A stretch of DNA of 60,287 nt, the filler included. It is 4 parts of 4 records of this genome, joined end to end, with 100 filler letters (N's around TTAATTAATTAA, not from the genome) between each part and the next. Parts side by side here need not be neighbours in the genome. Positions count along the whole stretch, not along the records: positions 16,569 to 42,701 come from SRR20825019_1959; 3 more parts are not named here. The stretch is one strand, 5' to 3'. Each line of letters opens with the position of its first letter. Positions within the stretch are counted from its first letter, which is position 1. Below the pieces are notes generated by a model that saw only the letters and a list, made by a program, of their open reading frames with translations, searched no databases and was not told where the DNA came from. The position numbers were made by a program, and so were the translations under genes. Below are positions 17,771 through 30,200 of this stretch, in pieces.

Positions 17771-20591
17771 CTATGCATCTTCATGGGCCTCCAGGTTCTT
17801 GGTCATCTCAATGGTTTCCTCGACTATCCTGGACTGCTCCTCAGCTATTTCCACAATCTGAGCATAACCCCGAGTCAGCATCAGCATGAGTCAGGCCAAC
17901 ACAGAGTTCAAGCACTCACAGCTTCTACTGCGTCAGGAATGTCCTGAAAAGCCATCCCATCCCACCTCGGTCCCAGTGCCCGTTTCAAGACCTTCTTAGC
18001 ATGTTTCCGGCACCCAGTCAAAACGAATATAATCCCCCTTTTCTTATACTGCGCCAGAAGCTCTGCATGATGCATGGGTGCCAATTCAAATCACAGCAAA
18101 CGCGACGTTACTACACACCTTCAATGGTGTGAATGCCATCGCTATCAACCGCCGGCACAGAAGACATGTCCAGTACCACAAATCGAAGAGGTGGCTTCTC
18201 TAACCATCTGAGTTCTACATCCTCGAGCTTCCATTTAAGGAAGGCCGAGTTTAAGTCTGCGCATGCAAACATGAAGTCAGACACATTACCGCGAAAACAC
18301 ATATTTCAGTCACCCACATGACAATGAATCTTCAAAACCAAGTATGATGGTATGTGGGAGGGGCTCTGGGGCATAAAACTCTTTCATATCCTACAATCAT
18401 CTTGGTTAGATCGTCGTTTAGAGCCAATGAATATTTCTCGCCAAACCTGATACACCGTGGTCCCTGGAATGCATCCAATCACACGAGTGTGAGGTCTCAT
18501 ATTCCGGTAGCTAAGGCTCATGAGTGAACAGATTGCCCCAACCGCTAGACTCATGGACACTCCGAAAACAATTGCAGATAAAAACGTAAGAATCCACACT
18601 AGCGCGTCCCGAGGCTTTGCCTTGAATAGAAATATGAACTCCTTGAAGTCAAACAGAGTCACACAAGTAGCCATCAATATCGCAGCAAGGACACACTTCG
18701 GTATGTACTTGAACACAGAAGTGAGGAATGAAAGGGCAATTGCTACGGTGATGACACTGATCAGGGATGCGATCTGGCTCTTGCCTCCACACGAGTCCAT
18801 AACAGTGGAGCGGGTCGCGCTGCCACAATGGGGATAGCACTGGAATACAGAAGATACAAGATGGGTAATTCCAAGCGCCCGAAGTTCCTGGTCGGGATTG
18901 ACATCGGTTTCATGCTTTGATGCTAGACGCATGGCAACTGGGTGAGACTCCAGGAACATTGCTACACAAAGGGTGATGGCCGCTGCAGGTACGCAGTGAG
19001 TGGTAATTCGCATCATCGAACCAACGTGCTTACAGGGAACCAGCAAGACAAACCGATTGTAATCTAAACCCGCAACGGGGTTGATTGGAGATGGAAATCC
19101 ATTCGGGATCTCACCGATGCTTTTTAAACTGAGCAAAGGCTATATCAGCTTGAAAGTCACGCAAAAAACTTCCAAAACCTACTCGCTCTTCCCATCGGAT
19201 AGCCATCCCACTAATATCCCGACAACCAATACCACCAGCTGTGCCATGCCTCCTATCCACTTGAACGGTGGGTATGGAATATATTTGCAGGCTAGCAGGA
19301 ACACAAGGCATATGAGTCCGAATAAGAACGGTTGCCAATTGACACTGCCTTTTGCAATCTGCTCGGCTATCACGATCCATGACCTGTACACCTTATCTTC
19401 ACTGCTCGTGGTCAGCCCCAGGAAGTTCTGCAATTGGCTCGTGCTTAGAGTTACGGCTAGACCACTCATGAAAGCAGACAGAACGGTGTGAGATATGAAG
19501 TTTGTCAATGTCTACATCGCCACTAAGATTCCATTTCGAATTAACACGCCACTACGCCACTTACCCCAGCCCGCAGAATGCCTGCAAGGAAGTAGAATAT
19601 GCCACAGAGGAACGTCAGATTCATCATGTGCTGTGTATACTCCTCCTGATATTCCGCATAATCATCAGGAAGCGACTCTTTGTCGGGGGCGGGCCCATTC
19701 ATCGCCTTCAGCATCAGTTCTGCCGCAACAATCGACGATAGTGATGTTGCTCCAACATGAAGCTGCGCCGATGTCCCCAACAAAATGTACACGAATGCTG
19801 GCACCATGCATGTATACATGCCCATAACAGGCTCTAGTTTGGACAATGTTCCATATGCAAATCCCCTATTCGTGGCCACTGACATTAGAACAAGGAATAG
19901 ACATGTCTTCTGGTATACATACTGAGGTATGCACATGCAGCCCACCGTGATCCCAGCAACGATGTCCGGGAATATCATCTTCAGTCGGTACTTTGGCAGC
20001 CATAACAAAGGAGGAAATAATCCAAAGATAGTCTTTGCTGAACACGCACTGCGTTTGTGGGGGGGATTCCGAGGGGTGGGCTCATTGTCTATCTCATAGA
20101 TGTTGGCTGTGTCGCGCGATGTAATTATACACAAACCGTACCTTCTTCGTCATAGTCAGAGTCTGTATCCTCCGTCCTCGGAACGACTGCATGAACATAC
20201 TCGTCACCGCTAACAGACCCGCTTTGCGACAGTCGCCGACGGCCAACTAACGAACGCGCCCTGGGCCTCGGATCGCTTGACGTACGAGACGAACGTGCTA
20301 GGTGTGTGGTGAGCCAGGCAAATTATACTTCATCAAGTTCTTACACAAGCGTGACCTCTCCTTGAGGGGATTTTCGAAAGACTGATTTGATACAGTCTGC
20401 TCAACCAGTTAGTTCCGACAGAAAGAGAGCTTCGTGGTGCATACCGATAGAATGCTCATGCGCTGGTGTGCCGAACCGGGCACACTCTGACGAGGATTGA
20501 TTATCTGGTGATTCGGCGCAAAAAGGGCGTCGCTTCGGCTCGGCGACCCCAGGAGGGGGCTGCCCAGACCCTTGCTACTGGAAAAAGACAT
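17771..20591 (-). CDS. eukaryotic SLC26/SulP anion transporter with STAS domain, multi-exon
   Basis: WLPKY...DIVAGITVGCMCIPQ|GFAYG, NFISHTVLSAFMSG, NPDQELRALG, STAS VLDMSSVPAVDSDG. Short GT-AG introns; start and stop inferred by hand splicing. Confidence 0.85.
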
Positions 20592-20761
20592 TCGAAGGAG
20601 AACACCTTCAGCAAGCATTCCTGTAGTCAGCTTTTCCAATATTTAGCGACAGTAAAGACATAGGCGAGCCAAGGTTATCGGGCGCTGCCGCAGCAACAAC
20701 GGCAACCTTAGTGAGTGTTGTCAGGCGAAAGGAAACATGCGCCTCGTCTGGCGACTGACAA

Positions 20762-21330
20762 GTGCCCCCGGGCCAAGGACCCGCCGGCGCGCGGGGGGCG
20801 TCGGCCGGGCCGCCGGCACCGGCCCGCCCGGGCGCGGGGGCGGCGGCTGGGCCGTCGCGTCGTCGGGACGGCCCGGCGTCGGTCGCCGCGGCCGGCGGGA
20901 CCGGCGGGCCGGCCCCGGCCCGCCGCCGACTCGGGACGGGGCGCACGGACGTTTGACTCTGAACTGAACACTGCCCGCGCAGTGGTGTTCCAAAACTTCA
21001 AAGACGATTAATCTGAGGTCATAATAAATCATGAGTTAATCAGCGGTTAAAAATTGTTCAGACCGTTATATTCGTGAATTGACACGGGCCCGGCAGCAGG
21101 GCGGGCGACCGGCGGCGTGCCTCGGCCACTCCGTTGCCCGCGTGCAGTGCCCTCTCAACTGGGCCCGGCCTGCCAGTGGTGAGCGCCTTGTCGAGTACGG
21201 TGCCCACGGCACCCTGTGGGTGCGGCCTGGCCCTCGGAATAGCCCGAGCCGAGCGTCGGCCCGGAGCCGGCCGCGCTCGTGCGCGACGGCTGACGGCACC
21301 GCTGACAAGGTGACGCTGCGGCTCTAGTTC
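20762..21330. promoter_or_regulatory. GC-rich island pair with AT-rich core (about 21000-21080) between divergent genes
   Basis: Runs such as CCGGCGCGCGGGGGGCGTCGGCCGGGCCGCCGG flank ATAATAAATCATGAGTTAATC. Confidence 0.6.
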
Positions 21331-21511
21331 CAAGCTGCCAGAGTACCCGACCGGCAGCAAGCTATGCCGTCAGGTTTCATCGCGCGCTTCAACAGTCATA
21401 TGTATGGATGCCACACCAACCATCAAAAACTGTCAAGCGCAGACCAGGGTGGAATGCAACACTCTTGAACGAGAATTAGTTAACAGTTTAGATATTTAGG
21501 GAGTGGTCAAG

Positions 21512-24500
21512 ATGCCTAAACTACCTCCTGCCCCGGTGGTCATAGCATCAGAGTAAGGATGGGCGACGCAGAACTTGTCATTGTAACCTGACCACGTTTC
21601 ACAGCCCGCGACCACTTAAACACCCCCATGGCACCTTCCGCTCTGTCCTGAGCAGTGGCTTGGGAAAGCAATTAGTCTCTGGTCTCCCATGGCCTGCAGC
21701 GCCACCCACAACTGCGCAGCTCAGACTCGCTCAGGAGCAAATTGAGTTTGATTTGGATGACTTGTCAGTTGCCCACCATCAGAGTTTGGGGGCATCCGCA
21801 AAGTATGCGGAGGATGACCTTAGAATCCAGTGGCATGACGCCGTGGAGCGTGCACTGCTGACCGCCACTCAGCTTCTCCTTCAAGGTGGGTTCTTTTCAT
21901 ACATGCTGTCATTGTATTATGCTAATGGCAGCGCTGCAGACGAGTCAGATGGCGCCTTTCATTTACTGCAGCTGGTAGAGAATTTTACCACAAAGGAGTT
22001 TGAACAGTACTTTCCTGAGTCGATTGAGTTCCGCGCCATAGCACTGCATGTTGAGGCTTATTATTATAGAAAGAGGAACAAGCTCAACGCGGCTCTGATC
22101 AACACGGACAAAGCCATGGCGGTAGAGACTATGTCCAAGAGCTCTCGAGAGCCTGGGTATGGCTGGTTCCATCTTGGCATCATTCATTCCTTGATGGGTC
22201 AGCATGACGAGGCACTGCTGATGTACGAAACGGCAAGTCGATACTATATTGAACAGGAACTTGAGATGAAGTGCAATCGGGCTGAGGGTGAGGAAGGGGA
22301 AGTTCAGCCTTTGGATGAAAAGGTGGCGGAGTATTTCTCGAGCATGTTGGCCATCACATATCATAATTGCGCCACTTCTCTTCATTGGCTTGGCACGGAT
22401 CCGCCAAAGGCAATGCACTACCACGAGAAAGCGCGGTTGCAGGGTAGTACCCTTGCTCAAGACAGCCCCCTAGTGCAGAAGGTCTTGGTGGGTGCAGTGG
22501 AAGGAGAAGCGTACACCAAATCTCGTCAGGAACGGAATGATCGTATTGCCGCAGAGAAGGCAGCTCGCGGAGGAGGGAATTTCAACGAAATGAAGACGAC
22601 CACCGAAAATAGCGAGGCTTTCCTGCCTGCCATTTCTAACCGGCCAGTATCAAATGTTCCATCTTCCACCGTCCCCAGCATTCCGCCGAGAACGCCTTTG
22701 GGGGATTCAACTTGTTCTTTGAATACCAGTTTCCGTGATGACAACATGGTTCCCGTGCGTCCAAGCACAGCCCCGGACAAGAAAGCAGTTGGACTGCCCC
22801 AAAGACCACAGTCCAGACAACTGAAGGCAAAGGGAGATCTTAAACTGCAAACTTGGGTAGACACGGAGAGTTTTCGGAGTGTGGCATCTTTTGCTTCTGC
22901 GAAAGAACCCGGCAAGATTCCAGTGGCCAGGCGAGCCTCCGCCCTAGCAGCGGTGCCATCTTCAATTGGAATCATCAAGCGATTGGGAGGCACGTTTTCA
23001 TCTGCTAAAGAAGTCCATCACCTCATGATGGTTGTCCACGACCAAGAACCTAACACCAGCGCTGAGGCGAAACGTGGGATGTTGGCCAAGGTTTTTAAAG
23101 AGGCAATGCAGAAAAGTAACAGTGCGGGGTCTCCCCGAAGCAAGCGCGCGGCAATGTCACAGATGCTGAAAATTCACGGCACCAAATCGCCGTTTCAGCA
23201 CTATGATGTTGATGGTGAGTCGTACCCACTGGCTAGGGTCATTGATGAAAACAAGAGATCGCGGGTGATGATGAAGCAGTTCAAGATGGTAGCTGACGAA
23301 ATCGAGGCCGGCAAGAAAATTCTTGCCTTGTGGAGGGATTATCAGATGCTGCTGAGGCCATTCCGACGACTCAGAAAGCGCAGAATCAATTGGGGAGCCT
23401 TTATCGTGCAACGATGGTATCGCCAAGTTAAGGCAGACCGCAAAGTCACTGAGGTAATGTATAGCAGAGCAAAGATGCTTGCCAGAGTTCTGGCGTGGAG
23501 TTATCGTAGGCAATATAAGATCACATTGAAGACGTACGCTTATCTCAATCGCTTCCTGCGGATGGCGATGTCACAAAAACGTGTTTGGAAGTACATGGTG
23601 CCTAGTGCCAAGAAAATACAAGCCACTGTCAGGGGATCCGTGCATCGCAATCTGCACCTCAAGAGGATTGCTGCGGGAAGGAAGATTGCCGCGACAATTA
23701 AGGCATGGATTAGAAGGAATCACGATGGAGACCTTTATCAGCCAGCAGTTACTATTCAAAAATGTGTCCGAGGAATGATTGCTCGTGGGGAGTTAAGAAA
23801 AAAGGATCGCAGCGCCAGAATTATTGCAAGTGCTTATACTGCTCACAAAGAAAGGGAATTCATGGCTGAATTGAACACTCACATGTCCAAGTTCCAGGGG
23901 TATTTCTTCCGCTACACAACCTTACAGGAGTTAAAATTCCGGAATATGAAAGCAAGTATTATACAGGCTGGTATGCGGGGATGGAAGGTCAGAAAGATGC
24001 TAAGAAGAACAAGAACCTCCATGCTTCGTCTACAGGCCCATGTTAGACGGAGGCTCACTCAAAAGCAAGTAGCAGATATGAATGTCAAGGCCATTGTTGT
24101 CCAACAGTACATTCGAGGCTTCATAGCACAACGGCGTGTGCAGAGGTTAAACTTCCTGGGTACAACATTACAACGCTGGCTGAAAAGAAATTGGGCAAAG
24201 CAAAGTATAGGGACTGACAAAGATGCGTGTGCTGCAAGGATTCAGGCATGGTGGGCGGTGGTGAGGGTCAAGAAACACTTCTGGCGGTGGGTACAAGCGC
24301 AATTGCCTTCAAGCGAAGTGATACAGACAAGGTGGAGGGGTTACGCAGTGCGAAATATGATTGACAAGTGGGATGCGGCTCAGAAGGTGATTGCGAGGCG
24401 ATGGAGGACATATACTACCCAAAAGAGAACCAGCTTCTTCCTGTACGCCATTAAGATGTTGACCAACCTTGCCAAAGGCTTAATATTTAGAAGAAGGTAC

Positions 24501-27153
24501 CTACGGTTTCGTGAATCAGTTTTGAAGATACAATGCTGGTGGAGAATGAAAAGGCAACAAGTGAGGCTCAAAAGACAGAGAGAAGCAGCTCGAATTATTC
24601 AAACATTTATGAGATGCGAGCTTATGCAGTTGCGTTACGAGACTGTTGTGAAATCAGCAATTCGTACAATTCAGTCTTGGGGGAAATGCTGGGCGCAACG
24701 CATTCGGTACCTTCGGGTACGGTCTGCAGTAGAATCAATTCAAATGGCGTACAGACAGCACTTGGCGAGAAAGCGGGTAACGAAAATGAATGAGGCGGCT
24801 ACCTCCATTCAACAATTCTTCCGGTGCCGAGGGTATAAGCAGATTGCGCTGGGTCATGAGGTGAAAAAGAAGGTTCTGATTTCAAGGATTGACCATTTCC
24901 TGTTAGAAATGCAGCAGCGCTTCGAAAAGCTTAATCGCGAGTTCCAAGAGAAACAGGATGCTCTTCGTAACGGCAAGTGGGCAATGGATTATATATTCAA
25001 GCTTGCCGCATTTGAATTCGATGAAGAATGGGGAGAGACCTATCGAACTGACTGCCGCAGTGTGGCTGATAGGAACTCTGAAAGCATTATTCGTCGGGCG
25101 ATTCAGAGGATTAACGGACCGAAGTACATGTTCTGTTTGGACATCATGTATGATATATCCGATGGTGCTGTCCAGCGATACCTTGAGCCACAGGCTGCCG
25201 GTGTTATACAACGCCATTTGAGGAAGATGATAGCGATGAGAAGAGTTCGAAAGAAACTCCAGGCAATACACAAGATCCAAAACCATACTAGAGTATTTCT
25301 GGCGAAGGACAAAGCCGATCGCTTGCGCTCCAGTAACTATGTCAGCAAGCGCATAGTTGATGACGTCTGGAGGGATGCAGTCAAGCGAGCTGCATTGCAT
25401 CGCTTAGACAGGCTTAATCTCAAGATTAAGTGTGCCACTCGAATTCAAGCTAGGTTTAGGGGTATGCAGGGGCGAGCTCGAGTCAGGTTAGCAAGGCAAA
25501 ATCTCGAAAGATTCAATGAATGTGCTGCTCAAATCCAGAGGGCATGGAGATGCCATGTTGCTAGGCAATACTTGGGACTGCTGAAATACCAAAAGGGCCG
25601 GGCCATTGCGATTCAAAGGCTTTATCGGGGTCACCAAGCTCGTGTCAAGTATGAAGAAGCCAAAGCTGAAAGAAAAAAGAAGACCATTTCTGCAACAAAG
25701 ATTCAATCCACATTCCGTGGTCATATTTCTCGCAAGAGGACAAAGCCCCTGTTCGATGACCTCTCTGAGCGCAAGAAATGCGCTACAAACATCCAGAGAG
25801 TCTATCGTGGTCATCAAGGACGCAAGAAGGCTGCGGCAAAGCAAGTAGAAGTGATGAGGGCTCGATGTGCCACGCAGATCACCCGAATTTGGAGGGGCAT
25901 GATGGGACGCAGATATGCAAGGAGAATGAAGAAGATCATTGAGGAGAAGCATAGAATGGCCAGAATAATCCAGGCGTACATGCGCAAATGGCTTGTGTAC
26001 AACCGAATAAGGAAGATGGCGAGGGCTGCTTTCGTTATTCAAACCGCATGGCATGGATGCAAGGGCAGAATGCGCTACCGCTATTATCGGAAAATGCGAC
26101 GATGTGCGAATGAAACGACAGATGATGTCCTCGAGAAGGTGTTTGACATGATGTCTACCAGGATTATGAAGGCCCGTGAGGGAAAGGTCATAAGCAAGGA
26201 GCTCATCACCGAATTCATCGAAAGAGCTATTTGCCTGACAGACCCAAGCTACAGGCGCCGGCGCAAACGCTTAAACAATATGTACCAGCGTGGCCTCGGG
26301 ACATCCGCAATGCCAGAATTGAAGGGTGTTAAATTCGATATCAGCATTGACGAAGGTGAACTATCGAGTGAGGATGAGCTTGAAGAATGGGAACTGGAGC
26401 TCATGAAAGAAGAGTGAGTGCTGTCGCCTTGAGTTGTCGCTATTGTTTTCTGATGTCTATTGCAGGGAAATGGAGGAGCCGCTCGAGAATGAACAACCCG
26501 AGAGTGGAATAAGCCGAACGGAGAGTAAGATAAGCATCGGGCGGGCTGAAAGTAGGACTAGCATAGTGTCGAGAGATTCGTCGCAGTCAGCCAAGGAAGC
26601 ACTGAAGAAGGCTCGTAGGCGAAGTCAAAGCTTATCCACCATCGCTAATATTGGGCAGCCTGCGAGCGCCCAAAAAGAGAACCATAAGAGTGCGAGCAAC
26701 CTATTACGACAGGATGAGCGATCAGAATCGCCCGCCGCGGTCCGGACGGAAAACTCCCAAGAGGAAGCCAAGAGCCCCGCACAAGTGCTGGCGGAGCAGC
26801 CACCCGACTACACGAAGAGGTTTGACACGGTAGAGAGGGGTGCATGGGAAGACGAACTCGATCTTCGAAACCTGGATCCTATGCAGCGCAGGCGGAGTGA
26901 CCTCGCGTTTGAGGATCTTGCTGAGCGCAGCTGGGAAGGAATGGCCGAGCGCAGTTGGGAGGAAGAATTGGATGCAAAATCCCGGCCTGTCTCGCCGGAA
27001 ATGCCCGCTACGTCTTTGCTCTCGAATGTTTCCAAGCCGATACGATATGGTGTCGATGGCTCGGAGACCCCCGTGGAGGAAATCAAACGGCGACCCCCCC
27101 GTCGACAAGTGTTGCGAATGCTCTACAAGAAACGCGGTGTTCACAAGTGGTAA
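21512..27153 (+). CDS. very large TPR-like plus multi-IQ-motif (calmodulin-binding, ASPM-like repeat) protein, 3 exons
   Basis: Introns 21553-21604 and 26414-26465 (52 nt each) join the ORFs in frame. TPR-like GWFHLGIIHSLMGQHDEALLMYE; roughly 20-25 IQxxxRG-like motifs. Confidence 0.8.
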
Positions 27154-27256
27154 CTCTTTCAACAACACCGACCTGTCATCATTGCGCGTGTGCGGGAGAG
27201 GTGAGGCTAGGAATTACCAACAGACCAATACAACAAAACCTCTGAATGAAGTGCCT

Positions 27257-30200
27257 TTAATACATATCACCAGTGTCCAGGTCAAAGTCATCTTCAAAGT
27301 CATCGTCATCGTCAAACTCTTCGAGTTTGATGTCCGACACTTGCGGCCCTCCACTACCGAATCCTGTGGGACCTGAACTGGCCGCCGCAGCAGCCTCCTT
27401 CTCCTTCTCACGTTCACGTCGGATCTTCTCTTGCCTCTCCTCGAGTTCACGACGATCCTGCTCTGCTCGGTCAGCCGCCTCCTTGGCCTTCCTTTCTTGC
27501 TCAAGCCTCTCCTCGTCTTCCTTTTTTTTCTTTTCCAACGACTCGCGGCGGCGAGTGATGCTATCTTCTGTGTCGTCGTCGAACGGCTGGATCTCGGTAG
27601 AGCTGTCCAAGTCTTCGGTTTCTAAACCAACCTCGGTAGGTGATGGCACGTCATCCTGCACAGCACTATGAGGCCGTGCAACCTCGACTGGGGGTGGTGC
27701 GCCCGATGATGCAGGCTCCGGGTCCTTGTGAACAGCGACCGGAACACTGCCCTCACTCGCCGGCTTGCTGTGGTTGTCAGTTGGAGACGGGTTGCGAGAA
27801 GCCGTTCGGGATGCATCATGTACTTCGTCGAGATCGATTTCACCAATCGAATCGGTAGAAGACTGTACGGACAATCGCCCGGAACTGCCATCGCGGTTCT
27901 TTTTCTTGCTCTTACGGAAGGGATTGGCGATAGTCTTGCCAACAGTCTTCACAGCCCCGATAATGCCGTGGGATTTTCGGGGGGACGGTCCTTCACTTCC
28001 GGTGAAGTTCGAGTCGTGACTAGAGGACACATCGATACTGCTCACCCTGTCCGAACCAGCAGATGGGCTGCGCTGCATTCGCCGTTCCTCCTTCGCAGCC
28101 TTCTTGGCAGCTTTGGCTGCCGCTTTGGCTGCCTTCTTAGAGGCCTTGTCCTGTCTTCCACTGGGACTGCGGCCTCGTTCGCTATCCACGGAACTAATAC
28201 TCTCCCGGGACATCCGCTTAGCCATATAATTAGGAGGTGACTGATCTCGCGTTGGCGACCGCGGGCCATCATCGTGGGAATGTGGGCCGGGTGGCGGTTT
28301 GCCAATTGGGCTCCGACCTGAATAAACATCATCAGCATTGGTTGACCAATCAAAAATCTCTAACTCACTGTGTTCAACCTCCTCCCTTTCGCGGCGGGCA
28401 GCCTCTTTGCGCCGTTCTTCCTCCAACTGCTGTTCACGCTCACGCTGCCTTCGCTCCTCTTCAAGACGCTGACGTTCCTTCTCCGCTCTCTCGCGCTCTA
28501 CCTTCTCGCGCTCTGCTTTCTCGCGTTCCTCTCTTTCTCTCTCACGTTCAACCTCGAGGCGCCGCTCTTCGGCCTTTCTCTCCTCCTCGCGCCTCTGCAT
28601 GTCTTCTTGCTCCTTGCGCCTTGCCTCGGCGGCGCGTTTGGCTTCCTCCTCCTCTTCAAGACGGATCTTCTCTTGTCGCTCACGCTCAATGCGTTCGCGC
28701 TCTCGCTGTTCCTTCTGCAAGCGAAGCTCCTCCTCCTTTCGTCGAAGCTCAAGCAGTTCCATGGCATCCCTGCGCTCCTGTTCACGCTTCTGCCTGTCGT
28801 CCTCCATCTGCCGATGACGTTCCTCATCTTCCTTCTCTCGAAGGCGCCTAGCTTCAGCCTCTCTCTCTTGCTTTTCCTCTTCTTCGCGTCGCTTCTTCAT
28901 CTCATGCTCATTCTCCCTCTCCTTCAAATTCTTCATAGCATCCATCTTGAACTCCTGGCTCTGAAGGGACAAGGATGTCGGCTTCGATTGCTGCAAGGAC
29001 TCGGTCCCCGGCAAGGGGGTTCCACATGTTGGGCATTTCAGGTCTTTGCCGGTTCGGAAGGTGGCTCCGCACGTTCCGCACACGCTTATGGCTGCTGAAA
29101 GCACAGGGCTTGTAGGCCGCGAATCTGCCTCTGATGAATTGGAAGGCTTCTTATGGGCCTTTGACCACTTAGAGGAATCGATCCCCACCCCTTCTGAGGA
29201 GGCCTTCTGCAAATTCAAGCGAGGACTGATCATGATTGTTGCCATCCGGGCGCGTTCCTCCTTTTGGCGTTGCTCCTCAAGGCGACGATTGCTCTCCTCG
29301 ACCCGTTTCCGCTCTTCGAGGCGCCTCTCTTCGTCACGCTTCGCTCGCAATTTCAATCGTAGTGACTGTGCCTGCCGGATGTCGCGCTCCAAAGCCCGCT
29401 CGTATGCCACCAAGCGATTAAAGTCGGCCTTTTGCGTGGCATTCTTCGAAGGAAGATACTTCAAGATGCTGACTTCGCCACGGAGGCGCTCCAGCTTGTC
29501 ATCAAGTTCGGTGTTGTGCTCATTTTTGATATACTCAAACATGCGCCTGTGATGGAAGGCCCGGGCAGCCGCCTGAATGCGAACAGCAGCGGCATCACGC
29601 TTCTTCTGCTCCGCTGGTGAAGGCTTCACTACAGACGGCTTCGCCCCGTCAGATTCCTTGCGAGGCGCCGACTGCTTGCGCGGGGGCGAGTGATCACTCT
29701 CTAGATCCACCACAACCTCGTCATCTTGCTCATAACGATTCTTGGCAGTGATACGTCCGTTGTCGCCATCGCCGACACCTTGCGAACCTCGCCGACTATC
29801 AGCCCATTTCTCATCCACTGGATTGTCGTCAACAGAGGCAGGCTTGCTAGAACGGCGGCTGGACACGGCGCTGCTCCGACGTTTCCCCTTCTTGGACTTC
29901 TTCTTCCTGTCATATGATGACTCCGATGTCGCCGAAGACGTACGCGAGGACGAGGACGAGGACCGTTCACGACGGCTCTTCTTTTTCTTTTTCTTCCTCT
30001 GATCCTTCTGCCACCATTCCCTTGATTCCCAGAATCCAGGCGGAGGATAGAATTGCGAGGATCCGGCCGGAGCAGTGTACATCATAGGGTGGGCTTGTGG
30101 CTGTTCGAAGGCCTGTGGCTGTTGTACGGGGGCAGGGGGCTGCTGGGCTGAGTACGGGCCTTGTGAGGCGCGAGGATCGAACACCGCGGGATAACTTGCA

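Noticed and set aside
20608-21360. Arg/Pro/Gly/Ala-rich ORFs in the GC islands (also 32235-33207, 35016-35663, 39350-39939)
   Set aside because: They are open in several frames on both strands simply because stop codons are rare in near-pure GC DNA, and they show no domain features.
26918-26966. 24-nt tandem duplication (AERSWEG/AERSWEE)
   Set aside because: Only two copies inside a low-complexity coding tail; not an array.
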